Assembly: GCA_038321865.1 (NCBI GenBank)
Contig: JBBQFH010000003.1
Coordinates: 78,773 to 142,772 of the forward strand
Length of the DNA: 64,000 nt
Direction of reading: 5' to 3'
Origin: Gemmatimonadales bacterium
GTDB taxonomy: Bacteria > Gemmatimonadota > Gemmatimonadetes > Gemmatimonadales > GWC2-71-9
Under the pieces are notes generated by a model. That model saw only the letters and a list, made by a program, of their open reading frames with translations. It was not told where the DNA came from and made no database searches. A program made the translations under genes and the position numbers. This document shows positions 49,556-61,156 of this stretch, one piece after another. The stretch's first letter is position 1. Each line of letters begins with the position of its first letter.

Positions 49556-50832
49556 TCAGCCGAGCAGGCGCGCCTGTGCCAGAAGGCGGGCCCGAACGTC
49601 GTCGCCGCTCAGCCGCATCAGGTCCCGTGCACCGTCCAGCGGGCGGGTGGGAGGCCGCGCCGTGAAGATGCGCAGGCGACGGGCGCTCTCGTACAGCAGA
49701 TTCGCGATGCGCGGCAGGCCCAGGTGCCCGGCTCGGCCTTCGTCGGTGAGGCGCTCGACCTCGCCGGCGCGGGTGCGGAGCGGGAGATCGACGCCGAGCA
49801 TGGAGGACCGCGTCGGGAAGTCCAGCAGCAGCTCGCCCGGCGCCAGGCCGGCTTCGACGGCGAGCGCGTCCTCCACCTGCTCAGCCAGGTCGGGATCGTC
49901 CGCCACCCACGCATCCCCCGACTCCGCCACCTCGCTCGCCGGCAGATCGAGCACCCGCTTGTAGAGCCGCCGGGCGCGGACTGCACCCGCCAGCTCGCTC
50001 CCGCCTCGCGTGACCAGGACCTCCATCAGCCCCTCGTCGGTCAGATCGCGGATCGCCTCCACGGTCATGACGCCGGTCCGCACGGCATCGCGCGCGGCGC
50101 GCTTGAACATGCACGTGGCGGAGCGGACCGCGTGATGCCAGTACACGTTGCGATACATCTGATACTTCGCGAACAGCAGCGACTCGAGCGCGCTGACGCC
50201 CTTCTCCTGCACGCCGACCTCGCGGCCCCGGGGTCCCGCGTCCACCAGCGTGAGCGAGGAGATCAGCCGGTCGACGTCCACCGTGCCGTAGGGCACGCCG
50301 CACATCCGGGCGTCACGGCTGAGGTAGTCGATCTTGTCCAGGTCGAGCGAGCCGGAGATCAGGCCCTGGAGCGGGCTCTCGCTGGTGCCCCGAATCAGCG
50401 CGCCGATCTCCGGGCCGAGGGAGGCACCGCCGATGTCATGAAGCCGTTCGCTCAGCTCGCCCTCGGCGAGCTTGGTCACGCCCTGCGCTTCGTGCGAGGG
50501 GAAGCCCGCCTCCTCGAGCGCGTGCGAGAACGGATAGTGTCCGATATCGTGCAGCAGCGCGGCCAGGCGGACGGCGAGGCAGTCCTCTTCGCTGACCGCG
50601 GCCAGCTCGCCGCGCTCGGCAAGCGCGGCGAGGGCCCGGCGCGTCAGGTGGTAGGCGCCGAGGGCGTGCTCGAACCGGGTATGGGTGGCGCCGGGATAGA
50701 CGAGAAAGGCGTGGCCGAGCTGGCGGATGTAGCGGAGCCGCTGCACGGCCGGCGTATCCAGCGCGAGCAGCGCCGGCCCGTCGAGTCGAATGTTGTCCCA
50801 GAGCGGGTCGCGGATGACCTCGAGCTCGTGGT

Positions 50833-50836
<4 letters not shown>
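49556..50836 (-). CDS. HD-superfamily phosphohydrolase (dNTP triphosphohydrolase/SAMHD1-like)
   Basis: [49 protein letters not shown]. Proposed CTG start overlapping the pckA stop. Confidence 0.88.
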
Positions 50837-52434
<1,598 letters not shown>

Positions 52435-52475
52435 GGGATCCCGGACGCGCTCGAGCGCGGAAGCTGGAGTTGTGG

Positions 52476-54761
52476 TCAGCCCGGACGCCGGCCCTTGTGC
52501 CGGGCGCGCTCCTGCGCGTCCACCGCCGCGATGACCGCCATGTTCACGATATCGTCCACGCCCGAGTCCCGCTCCAGGACGTGAATCGGCGCCGCCATGC
52601 CCACCAGGATCGGACCGATGGCCTGGGCGCCGCCGAGCCGGCCAAGCAGCTTGTAACTGATGTTGGCCGCATTCAGATCGGGAAAGATCAGCACGTTCGC
52701 CGGTCCGTGCAACCGGCTGAAGGGGTACCGCCCGGTGAGGATGGATTCGACGACGGCGGTGTCGGCCTGCATTTCGCCGTCGACCTGCAGGTCCGGGTGC
52801 GTGTCATGGAGCCGGACTACGGCATCGGCCACCTTCGTCTGCATCGGGTGCCGCACCGAGCCGAAATTGGAGAACGACAGCATCGCGATGTGGGGCTCGA
52901 TGCCGAGCTGCTCGACGAACGTCGCCGTCGCGACTGCGATCTGCGCCAGGCGGGTGGCATCAGGATTGATGTTGACGGTGCAGTCCGCAAAAAAATAGGT
53001 ATCGGTCTGGGTCACCATCATGTAGATGCCGGCGACCGCGGCATCGTCATCGCTGCCGGCGGCTTCGAGCGCGGGCCGGATGGCCCGTGGGTAGTGCAGA
53101 TTCTCGCCGACGACGACGGCGTCGGCGTCGCCCTGGGCCACCATCATCGCGCCGAAATACTCGGGCTGCAGCAATCGCCGCCGCGCTTCCGCAACCGTCA
53201 CGCCGCGGCGCTGCCGGCGCGCCCAGAACACATCCGCGTACCGCTCGCGCCCGGGATCGCCGGCCGGATCCACGATGCGCAGGTCGGCGATGGGCACCCC
53301 CGCGTGCCCGGCCGCCGCGGCGATCGCCAGCGGGTCGCCGATCAGGATCGGGATGGCGATCTCGTCATCGGCGAGGATCCGGGCGGCGCGGAGCACGCGG
53401 GCATCGTCTGCATCGGTGAGGGCGAGGCGCTGGGGATTGGCCGCCGCCCGGTTGCTGAAGCCCCGCATCACCGCACGTCCGCGCCCGAGCCGCGACTCGA
53501 GCCCGGAGCGATAGTCGTCCATGTCGATCAGCTGTGTCGCCACGCCGCTGTGAATCGCGGCCCACGCGACGGCGGGCGCCACCCAGAGCAGCACGCGGGG
53601 GTCGAACGGCTTCGGGATGAGGTAGTCTCGCCCGAAGCGAAGCGACTCGACGTTGTAGGCCCGGAGCACCACGTCGGGGACGTCCTCCTTCGCCAGCGCG
53701 GCCAGGGCGCGGGTCGCGGCCATCTTCATCTCTTCGTTGATGGCGCGAGCCCGGACATCGAGGGCTCCGCGAAAAATAAAGGGAAACCCGAGGACGTTGT
53801 TGACCTGATTCGGATAGTCGGTGCGGCCGGTGGCGATGACGGCGTCCGGCCGGGCCGCCCTGGCCTGGTCCGGGTCGATTTCGGGGACCGGGTTGGCGAG
53901 GGCGAAGATGATCGGCTCCGGCGCCATCCGTTGCAGCATCTCGACCGTGACGGCGCCCGCAGCCGACAGCCCGACGAACACGTCGGCGCCATCGAATGCG
54001 TCGGCGGCCGTCCGGGCCCCGTCCTGCCGGGCGAAGCGCGCCTGATAGGGGTCCAGCGGCTCCCGCCCCGGGCAAACGACGCCGTGCAGGTCGCAGAGCG
54101 TGACATGCTCCCGACGCACGCCCAGCCGCACGTAATGTTCCGCCGTGGCGATCGCCGCCGCCCCCGCCCCCATGAAGACGACGCGAACGCGATCGATGTC
54201 CTTGCCCGTCACCTCGAGCGCGTTGAGCAGCGCGGCCCCCGATATGATGGCGGTGCCGTGCTGGTCGTCGTGAAAGACCGGAATGGAGAGCACCTCGCGC
54301 AGCTGCTCCTCGATGTAGAAGCAGTCGGGCGACCTGATATCCTCGAGGTTGATGCCGCCCACGGTGGGCTCGAGCATGCGGCAGAAGCGTACGACGTCGT
54401 CGGGGTCCGGCGCGTTGATCTCGAGATCGAATACGTCCAGGTCGGCGAACGTCTTGAAGAGTACGGCCTTGCCCTCCATCACCGGCTTCGCGGCCAGGGC
54501 CCCGATGTTGCCCAGGCCCAGCACCGCCGTACCGTTGGAGACGACGGCGATCAGATTCCCCTTCGCGGTGTAGCGATAGGCGTCTTCCGGACGCGCCTGG
54601 ATGGCCAGGCACGGCTCGGCGACGCCGGGAGTGTAGGCGAGCGAGAGATCGCGCTGGTTCTGGGTGGGCTTGGTGGCGACGACCTGGATCTTCCCGGGAC
54701 GCCCTTCTTCGTGGTAGCGCAGCGCGTCGGCGCGCCGGTCGGACGACGGTGGTGGATTCGT
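52476..54761 (-). CDS. maeB: NADP-dependent malic enzyme with phosphotransacetylase domain
   Basis: The frame extends upstream of the ORF-track start through ALRYH..GRPGKI and [13 protein letters not shown]. Also NLEDI, HDDQHGT, GAGAA and a C-terminal PTA domain. Proposed ACG start. Confidence 0.93.
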   Translation of the reverse strand, partial: TNPPPSSDRRADALRYHEEGRPGKIQVVATKPTQNQRDLSLAYTPGVAEPCLAIQARPEDAYRYTAKGNLIAVVSNGTAVLGLGNIGALAAKPVMEGKAVLFKTFADLDVFDLEINAPDPDDVVRFCRMLEPTVGGINLEDIRSPDCFYIEEQLREVLSIPVFHDDQHGTAIISGAALLNALEVTGKDIDRVRVVFMGAGAAAIATAEHYVRLGVRREHVTLCDLHGVVCPGREPLDPYQARFARQDGARTAADAFDGADVFVGLSAAGAVTVEMLQRMAPEPIIFALANPVPEIDPDQARAARPDAVIATGRTDYPNQVNNVLGFPFIFRGALDVRARAINEEMKMAATRALAALAKEDVPDVVLRAYNVESLRFGRDYLIPKPFDPRVLLWVAPAVAWAAIHSGVATQLIDMDDYRSGLESRLGRGRAVMRGFSNRAAANPQRLALTDADDARVLRAARILADDEIAIPILIGDPLAIAAAAGHAGVPIADLRIVDPAGDPGRERYADVFWARRQRRGVTVAEARRRLLQPEYFGAMMVAQGDADAVVVGENLHYPRAIRPALEAAGSDDDAAVAGIYMMVTQTDTYFFADCTVNINPDATRLAQIAVATATFVEQLGIEPHIAMLSFSNFGSVRHPMQTKVADAVVRLHDTHPDLQVDGEMQADTAVVESILTGRYPFSRLHGPANVLIFPDLNAANISYKLLGRLGGAQAIGPILVGMAAPIHVLERDSGVDDIVNMAVIAAVDAQERARHKGRRPG

Positions 54762-54764
54762 GGG

Positions 54765-55412
54765 TCAGGGCTCCCCGACCGGCACGACGGTCGCCGACGT
54801 ATGGTACAGCACCTCGGCGGTGTTGCGGTCACGCTCGCTCGGCGCCGTCACCACCGGATTGCTGTACATGAGATCCTCGGGATGGGGCGAGTGCTTGAAG
54901 ATCCCGATCGTGTGTCCCAGTTCGTGCGTGAGCGTCAGCGCCAGGCAGGCCTGTGTGGCCGGCAGATCGGGCGAAAATCTCGCCGAGATGTAGACGTCCA
55001 TCGGCAGGTGCACCTGGCGGACGGCGTCCACATGCGGCAGCGTGGCCGCCTGGCACTCGGGCGCCAGCGATTCAAGCGAGATCCTGTCCAGCAGGACGTC
55101 ATCACCGGCCGGAGGAGGGCCGTCGTGAATGCGCACGTCTGCGATGGTCGAGTCGTCGACGCGCACCGCATCGTACTCGCCATAGACGAAGACGCGCCGC
55201 CACGCGGCGATGCCCGAGTCGGCGTAGGTCGGCAGGTTGCCGACGGGCTGGGCCCAGATCTTCACCGGCAGGAAAGACTGCGGCCAGTGAAAATTGACGG
55301 TGTCGCCTCCCTGGATGATGCGCCATTCGTAAATGTCCGTGCGCAGCGGCGCGCCGATATCGGAGCAGCCGGCCAGGGCGGTGAGCAGGGCGGCCGCCAC
55401 GAGCCGCTTCAC
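54765..55412 (-). CDS. Metzincin (matrixin-like) lipoprotein
   Basis: Lipobox LAGC, HELGHTIGIFKH, Met-turn DLMY. Confidence 0.85.
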   Translation of the reverse strand: MKRLVAAALLTALAGCSDIGAPLRTDIYEWRIIQGGDTVNFHWPQSFLPVKIWAQPVGNLPTYADSGIAAWRRVFVYGEYDAVRVDDSTIADVRIHDGPPPAGDDVLLDRISLESLAPECQAATLPHVDAVRQVHLPMDVYISARFSPDLPATQACLALTLTHELGHTIGIFKHSPHPEDLMYSNPVVTAPSERDRNTAEVLYHTSATVVPVGEP

Positions 55413-56002
55413 CGGAGCCTCCGGGCTAGCCCGACGGACACCGACACCCGGTGCACGCCTTGCGCGCCGGAAAAGGCGTGGGATTGCAGCGCCGGTGAGT
55501 TGAACCGGTGAAAGTCGTACCCGGCGCCCATCGTCAGGTCGAAGGTCCGGGTCATCGGCTGGCGAACGTCGATGCCGGCGCCGACCAGCAGCCGCGTCGT
55601 TCCACTCGCCAGCAGGCTCGCGGCGTTGCCCGCGAAGTAGTGCAGGAATCCGAGGCCCGCGCGCCAGCGCATCCGTGCCACGATTCCGCCGTTCAATGTC
55701 GCGAGCCCGGACATTGTGCGCATGGAGCCGAGATCGCTGCGGATGTTGCCGTAGTCCGCGTGCAGGCTGGCCGTGCCAAGGGTGAATTCGACCCCGGCGC
55801 CGTACCGCGCCGCGATCGGGCGCCCGAGGCCGAGGACGACGATCGGTCCCAGCGACTGCCGCGCCGTCACGTCCTGGACGATGAAGTCACGGACCAGCGG
55901 GCCCGATCCGTTGAGGCCGGCGCGCAGGTAGTAGTCCGTCTGCGCGTGCAGCGACGGCGCCGCGGCGCCGGCGAGCAGCATGATCAGTATCCGCGTGTGC
56001 AT
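55409..56002 (-). CDS. Hypothetical secreted protein, probable outer-membrane beta-barrel
   Basis: Signal peptide and alternating amphipathic beta-strands. Confidence 0.65.
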   Translation of the reverse strand: MHTRILIMLLAGAAAPSLHAQTDYYLRAGLNGSGPLVRDFIVQDVTARQSLGPIVVLGLGRPIAARYGAGVEFTLGTASLHADYGNIRSDLGSMRTMSGLATLNGGIVARMRWRAGLGFLHYFAGNAASLLASGTTRLLVGAGIDVRQPMTRTFDLTMGAGYDFHRFNSPALQSHAFSGAQGVHRVSVSVGLARRLR

Positions 56003-56033
56003 CGGTGGAAGATCGCCCTGTCGCGAAGGGTGG

Positions 56034-56909
56034 TCAACGCGTGCCGGCGCGATATCCGCGCAGGCGGGCGAGCATCGCGCGGTCGTTGGTCACGAGGTCA
56101 TCATCGCCTTTTGGCGTCTCCAGTATCTTCGGCACGGCGGCGAAGCGGGGATCGGTCATGAGCCGCACGAACGGAGCCGGGCCCAGGGAGCCCTCACCGA
56201 TGAGCGCGTGCCGGTCGCGGCGCGATGCGAACGGCGTCTTCGAGTCGTTGAGGTGCAGGCAGTGCAGTTGCTCCAGTCCGATGATACGGTCCCAGGCATC
56301 CCAGACGCCGTCGAAGTCGGCGACGAGGTCGTAGCCCGCGGAATAGAGGTGGCAGGTGTCGGCGCAGAAGCCGATCCGCCGGCGATAGCGCTTCGGCAAC
56401 CGGTCGCGCAGTGCGGCGAGCTCCTCGAACGTGCTGCCCAGTGCGGTTCCGCAGCCGGCGGTGGTCTCGAGAAACACCATCGTGTTTCCGGGCACCGCCT
56501 TCAGCGCCAGCAGGATCCCCGCCGCATTCCGGTCCAGGCCGAGCGCCCGGTCCTCAATGTAGTTGCCGGGATGCGACACTACGCCGGGGATGCCGAGCCA
56601 GGCGCATCGGGTCAGCTCGAGGGTGAAAGACTCGACGGAGCGCGCGTTTAGGACGGGATCCGGCGAGGCGAGGTTGATTAGGTACGAGTCGTGCGCCACT
56701 ATATACCGGAGACCGCTCCGGCCGTATGCGTCCCGGAAGGCATCCCGGACCTCGTCGCCGATCCGCGGCTCGCGCCACTGGTTCGGCGTCTTGGTGAAGA
56801 CCTGAGCGGCGGTGGCTCCGATATCGGTTGCGCGGCCGGGTGCCGTGTGGACACCGCCCTGAGCCGAAACGTGTGCGCCGAGGCGCTCCTCAACCGGTGA
56901 ACGATGCAT
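56034..56909 (-). CDS. nfo: Endonuclease IV
   Basis: LGAHVS, HDSYLINL, HPG, LETTAG, DTCH, HLNDSK, DRH, ILETP. Confidence 0.96.
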   Translation of the reverse strand: MHRSPVEERLGAHVSAQGGVHTAPGRATDIGATAAQVFTKTPNQWREPRIGDEVRDAFRDAYGRSGLRYIVAHDSYLINLASPDPVLNARSVESFTLELTRCAWLGIPGVVSHPGNYIEDRALGLDRNAAGILLALKAVPGNTMVFLETTAGCGTALGSTFEELAALRDRLPKRYRRRIGFCADTCHLYSAGYDLVADFDGVWDAWDRIIGLEQLHCLHLNDSKTPFASRRDRHALIGEGSLGPAPFVRLMTDPRFAAVPKILETPKGDDDLVTNDRAMLARLRGYRAGTR

Positions 56910-56922
56910 CCGCTCCTCGCGC

Positions 56923-58353
56923 TTGACTGAAAACTCGCCGACCGACGGCGCCTCCCGCCCCCGCGTGCTGCTGCTGGGGGACGCCTTGGCGCGCCCGGAT
57001 GGGCTCGAACGGGCGCTCGCCCGGGCAGGATTTGCCGTGGCCGAAGGCGGGCCTGGCCCGGACGAAGGGGGTCCCGCCGCCGTCGTGATCGCCGCCGCGC
57101 ACGCGGATGAAGCGCTGGCCGCCATCCTCGATACCGTCGACTGTGCCTATGGCCGGTCGACGCCGCGGCTGGTGGTCCTGTCCGGCGGGTCGCCGGATGG
57201 CCCGGCACGCGCGCTCGCGCTGGGGGCCGATGACGTCGTCGCTCCGCCCGTTCACCTCGGCGAGCTGGCGACACGGATCGGGCTCAGGATCCGGCACCGC
57301 GCCGGCAGCCTGAGCCAGCCGGGCGGCGAGCTGCACGCGGCGATGCGCGACCTGGTAGAGGACATCGCTCCCTCGCTCCGGGCCGAGGAGCTGCTCCACA
57401 GCCTGGTCGAGCGGGTGGGAAGGGCGCTCGATCTGTCGCACTGCTCGTTCGTCCTCACCCCCTCAGGTGCCGATCACGGGCGGGTGCTCGCGGAGTATCG
57501 CGAGCCGACCACGCGCGATTTCCGGCTGGAGCTGGCGCGCTATCCCGAGATCGTGGAGGCGATCCGGACGGGCCGGCCGGTCGTCATTCCCGACGTGCAC
57601 TCCGATCCCCTGTTCGAAGATATCCGCCGGCGCTGGGCCAAGGAGGAGCTGCAAGTCGCGGTGCAGAGCGTCGTCGCGTTGCCGGTGAGCGTGGCCGGCG
57701 CCGTCGTCGGCGTCTTTCTGCTCCGCCCTCGCGATCCGGGGGCGACGCTCACGGCGGCGCAGGTTTCCTTCGCCGACGCCCTGGCCCAGGCCGCGGCGAA
57801 AATGCTCGAGCTCTCACGGGGGGCTCCGTCCCTGCCGCGCGACGCGAAGGCCGTCGACCCGCTGACCGGATGCGGCACCCCCGGGGCGCTGGAGAGCCGG
57901 CTGCACGAGGAGTTCGAGCGGGCGCGACGCTATGCGCTGAGCTTCAGCCTCGTGCTGCTCGACGTCGACCGGGTGCGCGAGCTCGGCGAGCAGCTCAGCG
58001 CCGACGTCGGTGACCGGATTCTCGCCGGTGTCGGCGGAATCCTCCGCAGCGGGGTCCGCGCATCCGATTTCGTCTGTCGCTACAGCGGCGACGAGTTCGC
58101 GATGCTGCTGCCCGAAACCGATGCCGGCGGTGCGCGCCAGTCGGTCTACCGGGTGCGGGACCGCCTCGGAGCGCAGCCGTTCGACGGCGTGGACCAAGCC
58201 GCCCAGCCCCGGCTCACGGCGGGGATCGTCACCTTCCCCCACCCGGCGGCGGGCGGCATCGGCGATCTCTTTGCGCTGGCCGAAGCGGCCCTGCTCAGGG
58301 CCAGAGGTCAGACCGGCGAGCGCATCGGCACCGCTGAGGCCGTCGCAACGTAG
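56923..58353 (+). CDS. Pseudo-receiver-GAF-GGDEF protein (diguanylate cyclase-like)
   Basis: ALALGADD in a degenerate receiver, a GAF domain, DPLTG, LLDVD, and RASD...YSGDEF. Confidence 0.88.
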   Translation: MTENSPTDGASRPRVLLLGDALARPDGLERALARAGFAVAEGGPGPDEGGPAAVVIAAAHADEALAAILDTVDCAYGRSTPRLVVLSGGSPDGPARALALGADDVVAPPVHLGELATRIGLRIRHRAGSLSQPGGELHAAMRDLVEDIAPSLRAEELLHSLVERVGRALDLSHCSFVLTPSGADHGRVLAEYREPTTRDFRLELARYPEIVEAIRTGRPVVIPDVHSDPLFEDIRRRWAKEELQVAVQSVVALPVSVAGAVVGVFLLRPRDPGATLTAAQVSFADALAQAAAKMLELSRGAPSLPRDAKAVDPLTGCGTPGALESRLHEEFERARRYALSFSLVLLDVDRVRELGEQLSADVGDRILAGVGGILRSGVRASDFVCRYSGDEFAMLLPETDAGGARQSVYRVRDRLGAQPFDGVDQAAQPRLTAGIVTFPHPAAGGIGDLFALAEAALLRARGQTGERIGTAEAVAT

Positions 58354-59601
58354 TCAGCGCCGCCGCAGCCAGTCGGCCGGATCGAGCGCGATCTGGTTTT
58401 CGCCGCGTATCTCGAAATGCAGGTGCGGCCCGTAGTCGGAATTCTGCCCGCCCACCGTCCCGATGGTCTCCGCCTTCACGACCGCCGTCCCCAGCTTGAC
58501 CGCCGCAGAGTTCAGGTGGGAATAGATCGAGTAGTAGCCGTTGCCGTGCTCCAGGACGATCGTGAGCCCGTAGGTTCCGAACTGACCGACCAGGCGTACG
58601 CGCCCCGCTTCTACCGCCCGCACCGGCGTCCCCACCGCCGCCGCGATCCCGATCCCGTTCCACCGAATGACGCCCCCGCTCGGCAGCGTGTCCCGGCCGA
58701 AGCGGTACACGATCCGTCCGTCCACCGGCCAGTTGAGCTTGCCGAGGTCGCTGGTGGTGATGCTGCCCGGGACCGGCGTGGCGGGCGTGCCGCCGCGCGG
58801 TGTACGGGCGGCGTCTTCGCGCCGCGTCCGCTCCAGGCTCGCCAGGACGGTGTTCAGTCGTGCCTGGTCCTTCTCGAGCTCGCTGAGACGCCGCTCGGTC
58901 GACCGGGCGGAGCGCTGGAGGGCGGCGAGCCGGTCTTCCTGCTCCTTGGCGATCTGCCCGTACCGGTTGAGCTCGGCCTCACGCTCCTCCCGCGTGTGGT
59001 CGAGGAGATTCTTCACCGAGACGATCTGGCCACGCTGGGCCAGCACGCGGGTGCGGAGCCGCTCCACATCGGCCACGAGCGACCGGTCCTGGCGGCTGGT
59101 CAGGTAGAGGTACTTGTAGCGGCTCAGGAGGTCGCCGAACGACTCGGCGGTGAGGAGTACCTGGAAGGTGTACAGCGGCCCGCGCTTGTAGATGTCGACC
59201 AGCCGCCGCTGCAGCACCGCCCGACGCTCAGCGAGGTTGTCCTGCGCCAGGATCAGCTCGGCGCTCGAGCGGTCGAGCTGCCCGGTGAGCCCTCCGATCT
59301 GACGCTCGATTTCGTTCACGATCCGTCCGGTCGACTCCCGTTGCCGCTCGATGTTGTCGAGCTCGTCTGACACGTCGTGGACCTGGCCCTTCAGCCGCTC
59401 GCGCTGGCGCTCCAGCCGCTCCCGCTCGCTCTTGATCTCCTCCAGCCGGCGCCGGCTCTCCTCGAGCTCGCGTGCACTGGTCCCCTGCGCGTGCACGGGG
59501 GCGAGCGGAACCGCCGGGAGGACAAAGAGGAGGAGCGCGATCCGGAGGGCGCTGCGCCGGCCCGGCCAGCGCCTAGGCGGCACGACGGTCGGCCTTGCCA
59601 C
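58354..59601 (-). CDS. envC: EnvC-like coiled-coil M23 peptidase-domain protein
   Basis: Coiled coil, WPVDG, NGIGI (degenerate metal site), HLHFEIR. Lies downstream of ftsEX. Start uncertain (59601-59628). Confidence 0.85.
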   Translation of the reverse strand: MARPTVVPPRRWPGRRSALRIALLLFVLPAVPLAPVHAQGTSARELEESRRRLEEIKSERERLERQRERLKGQVHDVSDELDNIERQRESTGRIVNEIERQIGGLTGQLDRSSAELILAQDNLAERRAVLQRRLVDIYKRGPLYTFQVLLTAESFGDLLSRYKYLYLTSRQDRSLVADVERLRTRVLAQRGQIVSVKNLLDHTREEREAELNRYGQIAKEQEDRLAALQRSARSTERRLSELEKDQARLNTVLASLERTRREDAARTPRGGTPATPVPGSITTSDLGKLNWPVDGRIVYRFGRDTLPSGGVIRWNGIGIAAAVGTPVRAVEAGRVRLVGQFGTYGLTIVLEHGNGYYSIYSHLNSAAVKLGTAVVKAETIGTVGGQNSDYGPHLHFEIRGENQIALDPADWLRRR

Positions 59602-60466
59602 CCATGTGCCGAAGGTGCCGCCCCACACTGACCAGGCTGCCGCCCAGACCCATCAGCATGCCGAAGCTGACGATAAGCACCGCCTGAACCGGGCGGAAAA
59701 AGATGAGTCCGGCGAATGACGCCGTGTTGTTGCGAAACACGATGAAGCCGCCGTAACAGAGCGCCACCGCGAGGAGCCCGCCCAGCAGTCCCTTGAGCGC
59801 CCCTTCGAGCAGGAACGGTCCGCGAATGAACCAGTTGGTCGCGCCGACCAGCCGCATGATATGGATCTCGCGGCCGCGCTGGAGCAGCGTGAGCCGGATC
59901 GTGACGCCGATGATCACCATCGCGACGGCGGCGAACACGAGCCCGATGACGAGGCCGAGAATACCGGTGAGGTTTCGCAGATGATCGAGGCGCTGGATCC
60001 ATTCCCGTCCGTAGCGCACGTCCTCCACGAAGGCGAAGCCCTTCAGCCGGTCGGCCACGGCGGCGACGTGGTCCGCGTCGCGATACCCGTCCCGGAGCCG
60101 GAGCTCGAGCGAGGGCGGGAGCGGATTGACCTGGAGATCACGATAGGCGTCGCGGAACTCGACCAGCTCGCGCCGGGCGCGTGCCAGCGCCTGATCCTCG
60201 CTGACGTACACGACGTCCTGCACTTCGGGGAAGGCCGCGATATCCTGGGAGGCCTGCGCGATCGACTCCTCGGGTGTGCCGCGGAGCACGAACGCGACCA
60301 CCTCGACCCGCTCTTCCAGGCCGCGCAACGCCTGGCGGAGGTTGATCGCCACGATCCCGAAGAGGCCGACCGTGAAGAGGGAGAAGGCGATCGTGGTGAC
60401 CGACAGCGCCGACAGCAGCGGGGCGCGGCGGAACGAGAGCAGCGCCTCGCGCAGGAGCAGCCTCAC
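59573..60466 (-). CDS. ftsX: Cell division permease FtsX
   Basis: Four TM helices, NPLP, EIHIMRLVGATNWFIRGPFLLEG. Confidence 0.95.
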   Translation of the reverse strand: MRLLLREALLSFRRAPLLSALSVTTIAFSLFTVGLFGIVAINLRQALRGLEERVEVVAFVLRGTPEESIAQASQDIAAFPEVQDVVYVSEDQALARARRELVEFRDAYRDLQVNPLPPSLELRLRDGYRDADHVAAVADRLKGFAFVEDVRYGREWIQRLDHLRNLTGILGLVIGLVFAAVAMVIIGVTIRLTLLQRGREIHIMRLVGATNWFIRGPFLLEGALKGLLGGLLAVALCYGGFIVFRNNTASFAGLIFFRPVQAVLIVSFGMLMGLGGSLVSVGRHLRHMGGKADRRAA

Positions 60467-61155
60467 TGGGCGGCCGCGCCCGGCGTCTCGTCCACGGCGC
60501 TGTCGTACACGACGGCGCCCTCCCGCATCTCGATCGTCCGAAAGGTGGACTGGCGAACGAGGTCGAGATCATGCGTGGCCATCACCACCACCGTGCCACC
60601 GGCATTGATGTCGCGCAGGAGCTGGAAGATGCCGCGTGTGGCCCGCTCGTCGAGATTGCCCGTCGGCTCGTCCGCCAGGAGCACGGCCGGATCGTTGACC
60701 AGCGCCCGCGCGATCGCCACCCGCTGCTGCTCGCCGCCGGAAAGCTCCCGGGGATAGGCCCGTCCCTTGGCGGCCAGGCCGACCTGCGCCAGCACCCGGC
60801 TGGCCCGCGCGGCGATCGTATCACGCCGGGCACCGGTGACCTCGAGCGCGAAGGCGACGTTCTCCGCCGCGCTGCGGTCCTCCAGGAGGCGGAAATCCTG
60901 GAAGATGATGCCCAGCCGGCGGCGGAGCCGCGCGACCGCATCGCCCCGGAGCCCGCTCACGACGTGGCCCGACACGCGTGCCTCGCCCGACGTCGGCCGC
61001 TGTTCGGCGTAGAGCAGCTTGAGCAGCGTGGATTTGCCGGCGCCGGAATGCCCGGTGAGAAAGACGAACTCGCCGCGGGCGACGTGAAACGACACGTCCT
61101 TCAGCGCGACCGCTCCGTTGGCGTACGACTTGTGCACGTGCGACAGGCGAATCAT
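60463..61155 (-). CDS. ftsE: Cell division ATP-binding protein FtsE
   Basis: GHSGAGKS, IFQDFRLL, LSGGEQQR, ADEPTGNLD. Confidence 0.95.
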   Translation of the reverse strand: MIRLSHVHKSYANGAVALKDVSFHVARGEFVFLTGHSGAGKSTLLKLLYAEQRPTSGEARVSGHVVSGLRGDAVARLRRRLGIIFQDFRLLEDRSAAENVAFALEVTGARRDTIAARASRVLAQVGLAAKGRAYPRELSGGEQQRVAIARALVNDPAVLLADEPTGNLDERATRGIFQLLRDINAGGTVVVMATHDLDLVRQSTFRTIEMREGAVVYDSAVDETPGAAAQ

Positions 61156-61156
61156 G

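Noticed and set aside
54740..54770. Selenocysteine or read-through fusion of the metzincin lipoprotein to MaeB at the in-frame TGA
   Set aside because: It would join an exported lipoprotein to a cytoplasmic enzyme. The TGA is not at a Cys-equivalent site and I see no convincing SECIS. An SD plus ACG explains the layout more simply.
52470..55511. 1013-aa plus-strand ORF and many other long overlapping ORFs (e.g. 21278-23116, 17171-18550)
   Set aside because: They are antisense or alternate-frame shadows of well-supported genes, expected in high-GC DNA, with no recognisable motifs.
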